A stretch of 64,000 nucleotides of DNA from Squalus acanthias (Eukaryota), in contig CM059453.1 of the NCBI GenBank assembly GCA_030390025.1, forward strand, positions 7,936,001-8,000,000. Direction: 5' to 3'. Positions 61,501-64,000 of this stretch are shown here, piece after piece. Under the pieces are notes generated by a model. The model was not told the DNA's origin. It searched no databases and worked only from the letters and a program-made list of their open reading frames with translations. How positions within the stretch are numbered: the stretch's first letter is position 1; every line of letters begins with the position of its first letter. A program made the position numbers and the translations under genes.

Positions 61501-64000
61501 CCTCTCTTCATTTTACACAGCCTATTAATTACTATTCATATCTCATTCATGAGCCCTGGAGGAACTTTACTGTCCAGTACAATATTTAAGATTGAAAACA
61601 TAGATCAAACATTCTCACTTGGTCCAAGTTATTAACATTTTTTTATTTATCATTATTTTAGAGGATCTTTTATTTTCCCAAAAGTAACCCAATATATAGT
61701 GCCCGAGTCCATTTTCTTATTACAAAATTATCCCAAATTTCAAACAGCAGTATTGTTGAACTGAAAGGTTTTGTTAATGTTCAATTTCATTTCTATCAAT
61801 TTATCTTCCATTTCCAATTTCAGAAACAAGTGATTCTCAGGCTAGGTGGCTTACACAGAGTTTTAACATTAGAGACAGAAGTGCTGCAATTAGTTTACAA
61901 GGTAACTTCCATATAACAAAAGAAAGAAGATAATCCATTGTGGCTCTCCTCGGAGCCCAATGTGTTAATTTATCAAATCATAATTTTCCTTCTGTCACTC
62001 TGGGGAAATATTAACTTAAAATTAAGAAACTTAAATTTAATAATGTCCAATATCTTTAAATGTCATACTAAAGTTGTTGCTTGGTGAACCTAAACAGCTG
62101 TCAGTGGAAAGGGTGAACTCCTTTGCAGGTTTTTAAGAAGGTGGAGTGAAACATTGTCAAGTGCACGCAATTGCGTCACTTCACGTGAATTAAAAAAAAA
62201 CTTTCCCGATCGAAAAAGACAGTTAGTTTTCACACTTTAACTAAACACGAACAGAACCGATAAAAAACAAACTAGTACATGCTTGTAGAAAACCATAAAT
62301 TACGTCATATTTCTTATTGTCCTTTCTTCAGATGCCTTTCCAAAATACTGTAAAAACATTGAATATATCTGGAGAAAAAATAGTTTTTCACATTTAAACA
62401 AATCAAATCAAACTGCTTTGGAAGATTTCACCATAGCAACCGCGACTCCAAGGTTAAATCTTAGACCGAAACTTAATCTTTTGTTAAACACATTTTTTGT
62501 TGTTCTTCTCAGTTTTTACACACCAGCTTAACTTAAATTGTAGTTCAAAGTTTTTTTTTCCAATTCTTGGGGCACAATCTTATTCGCACATTCTTAAAAC
62601 TTCCAAAATCCAAGACAATACAAAAGTGTTAAACGCTTTTAACACAGAGAAGTGGGTGGAGCTAAAACACACATAACCAACACTTTTTGTTTTATAGACT
62701 GACTTTCAGAGAAAGGAATATTATAACGTCTTAAGCCTTCACAGTCGGGGAAAATTGCACACTTTCACACAAACTGAAATTCCTGCATTTTTTTAAGTTT
62801 CCTTTCACTCAGCAAATCTTTTTTTTATTTGTCTCGGCACAAATGTTAATAACTTCCATGTCCGTAAATCTTTAAGTTTCACTTTTTTTTTTCTCTTTTT
62901 GCATCGTCGTTTCAGCAGCTTTTCCTGGCTTTCCAAATCCCTGTTTTTTCCTTCCTTTGCTAAGTTTTCAGATTGGTTAGCCTGCAAATTAGATTTTTTT
63001 CCTTCTTTATCTCTCCCTCTCTCTCCTGCACTTTATGCTTAACCACCTGGCTATATTTCTCTCTGAACCCGTTGTGTTTTTTCTGAGACAGACTTTCTGC
63101 AATAAAGTCTATCACTTTTTCAAAGGGGACTCGGTCTCCTTTGATTAAACATTTCATCAATAATACCTGCACTTTTTCCGCACAGGCTCCTCTGTCTAAG
63201 TTACACTTATATGCTTTAACACAACTTTTATGAGCCATTTGGTGATTTTCTTAACAGACCTCTAACATCAATAACTATCGGCGCGCAATTCATAGGCACT
63301 CTCCACTCCCCACGGGATTTATCCCTCCTCAAGTGCTGCAGCTGATCAGGAAGCTACTTTCCAGGTCCGATCTATTACACAATACTAGCCGCTTTGTCTT
63401 GTCCCATCTGGGGTGCCAATTTGTAAGATCTTAACGATCTGTGCGTTCTTGGACAAAACACAAATAGGCAGCAGCCAGTATGTTTGAGCTATAGATCAAT
63501 ATTTATTAAGCATACAGCGTAATATACTTAATATTAGGCGATAGTTTTAGCTAGTAGCTCACAGCCCTAGGTCTCTGGAACCACTCGGACACAGATAATG
63601 CCCTCTTAATTCTGTTCCTTTCTCCTCGCAATACATCTGTGTGAAGTTGTTCTTTGAATGTCGAGGTTTTAACCCTTGTCTCATCAACAGTTCGTTTGGA
63701 AAGTGTCCATATAAGGTCTTTAACAAAATCACCTTTTTTAATTGGTTTTAATGGTCAAAATACCATTGTCCCTCAGACTAAGGTAGCATCCCACCTTTCC
63801 ATTATTTTTCCACCAACTTTGCCATGTTCAGTGTTATCTTGTTTATAGTTTTTCACCCCATTGGAATTTATTTTTATCTCTTTCATTTCTAGCTTCCCTC
63901 GTACAAGGCCTTTATACCAAGGCCCCATTTCATCGCTGTTTCACTAGTCTTCAGGGATCCAGACTATCTCACTTTAATCTACCAGATAAATACTTTATCT
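55483..64000. repeat. Right arm of the inverted segmental duplication (runs off the window)
   Basis: Reverse complement of 1829-10776 with a ~430 bp deletion near 56872. Confidence 0.95.
58936..64000 (-). mobile_element. Duplicated LTR element: 3' LTR 58936-59681, PBS 63401-63418, 5' LTR from 63422
   Basis: Same element and same 3' flank as 1499-6883; TSD ATAC at 58932-58935 (-). Confidence 0.9.

Noticed and set aside
63401-63418. tRNA-like 3' end with CCA
   Set aside because: Only 18 nt adjacent to an LTR; it is the primer-binding site, not a tRNA gene
58936-64000. Second LTR element as an independent insertion
   Set aside because: Identical flank and shared LTR deletion show it was copied by segmental duplication

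Overview
Vertebrate genomic DNA, most likely a shark or other elasmobranch (inferred from dense CR1-type LINE fragments, a SacSINE1/DeuSINE-like SINE and Penelope remnants). The window is a rearranging cluster of Siglec-type (MAG/CD33-related-like) immune receptor genes. One 8-exon copy (29488-43298, +; leader-V-C2-C2-C2-TM-cyt-ITIM tail, about 527 aa) is complete except for one extra G in a homopolymer. A deleted copy lies at 10723-16745 (+), a leader+V-only copy at 54719-55536 (-), and there are orphan leader and tail exons. Both V domains carry Lys where Siglecs have the essential sialic-acid-binding Arg. The window ends form a >=8.5 kb inverted segmental duplication carrying an LTR element with no recognisable pol (tRNA-Arg PBS, env-like remnant). 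Between them are a triplicated ~1.58 kb upstream block, decayed divergently oriented Ig-like receptor remnants, and a nest of six ~750 bp TIR elements, one of which appears split and half-inverted by alternative transposition. All calls come from manual reading; no database searches were run.
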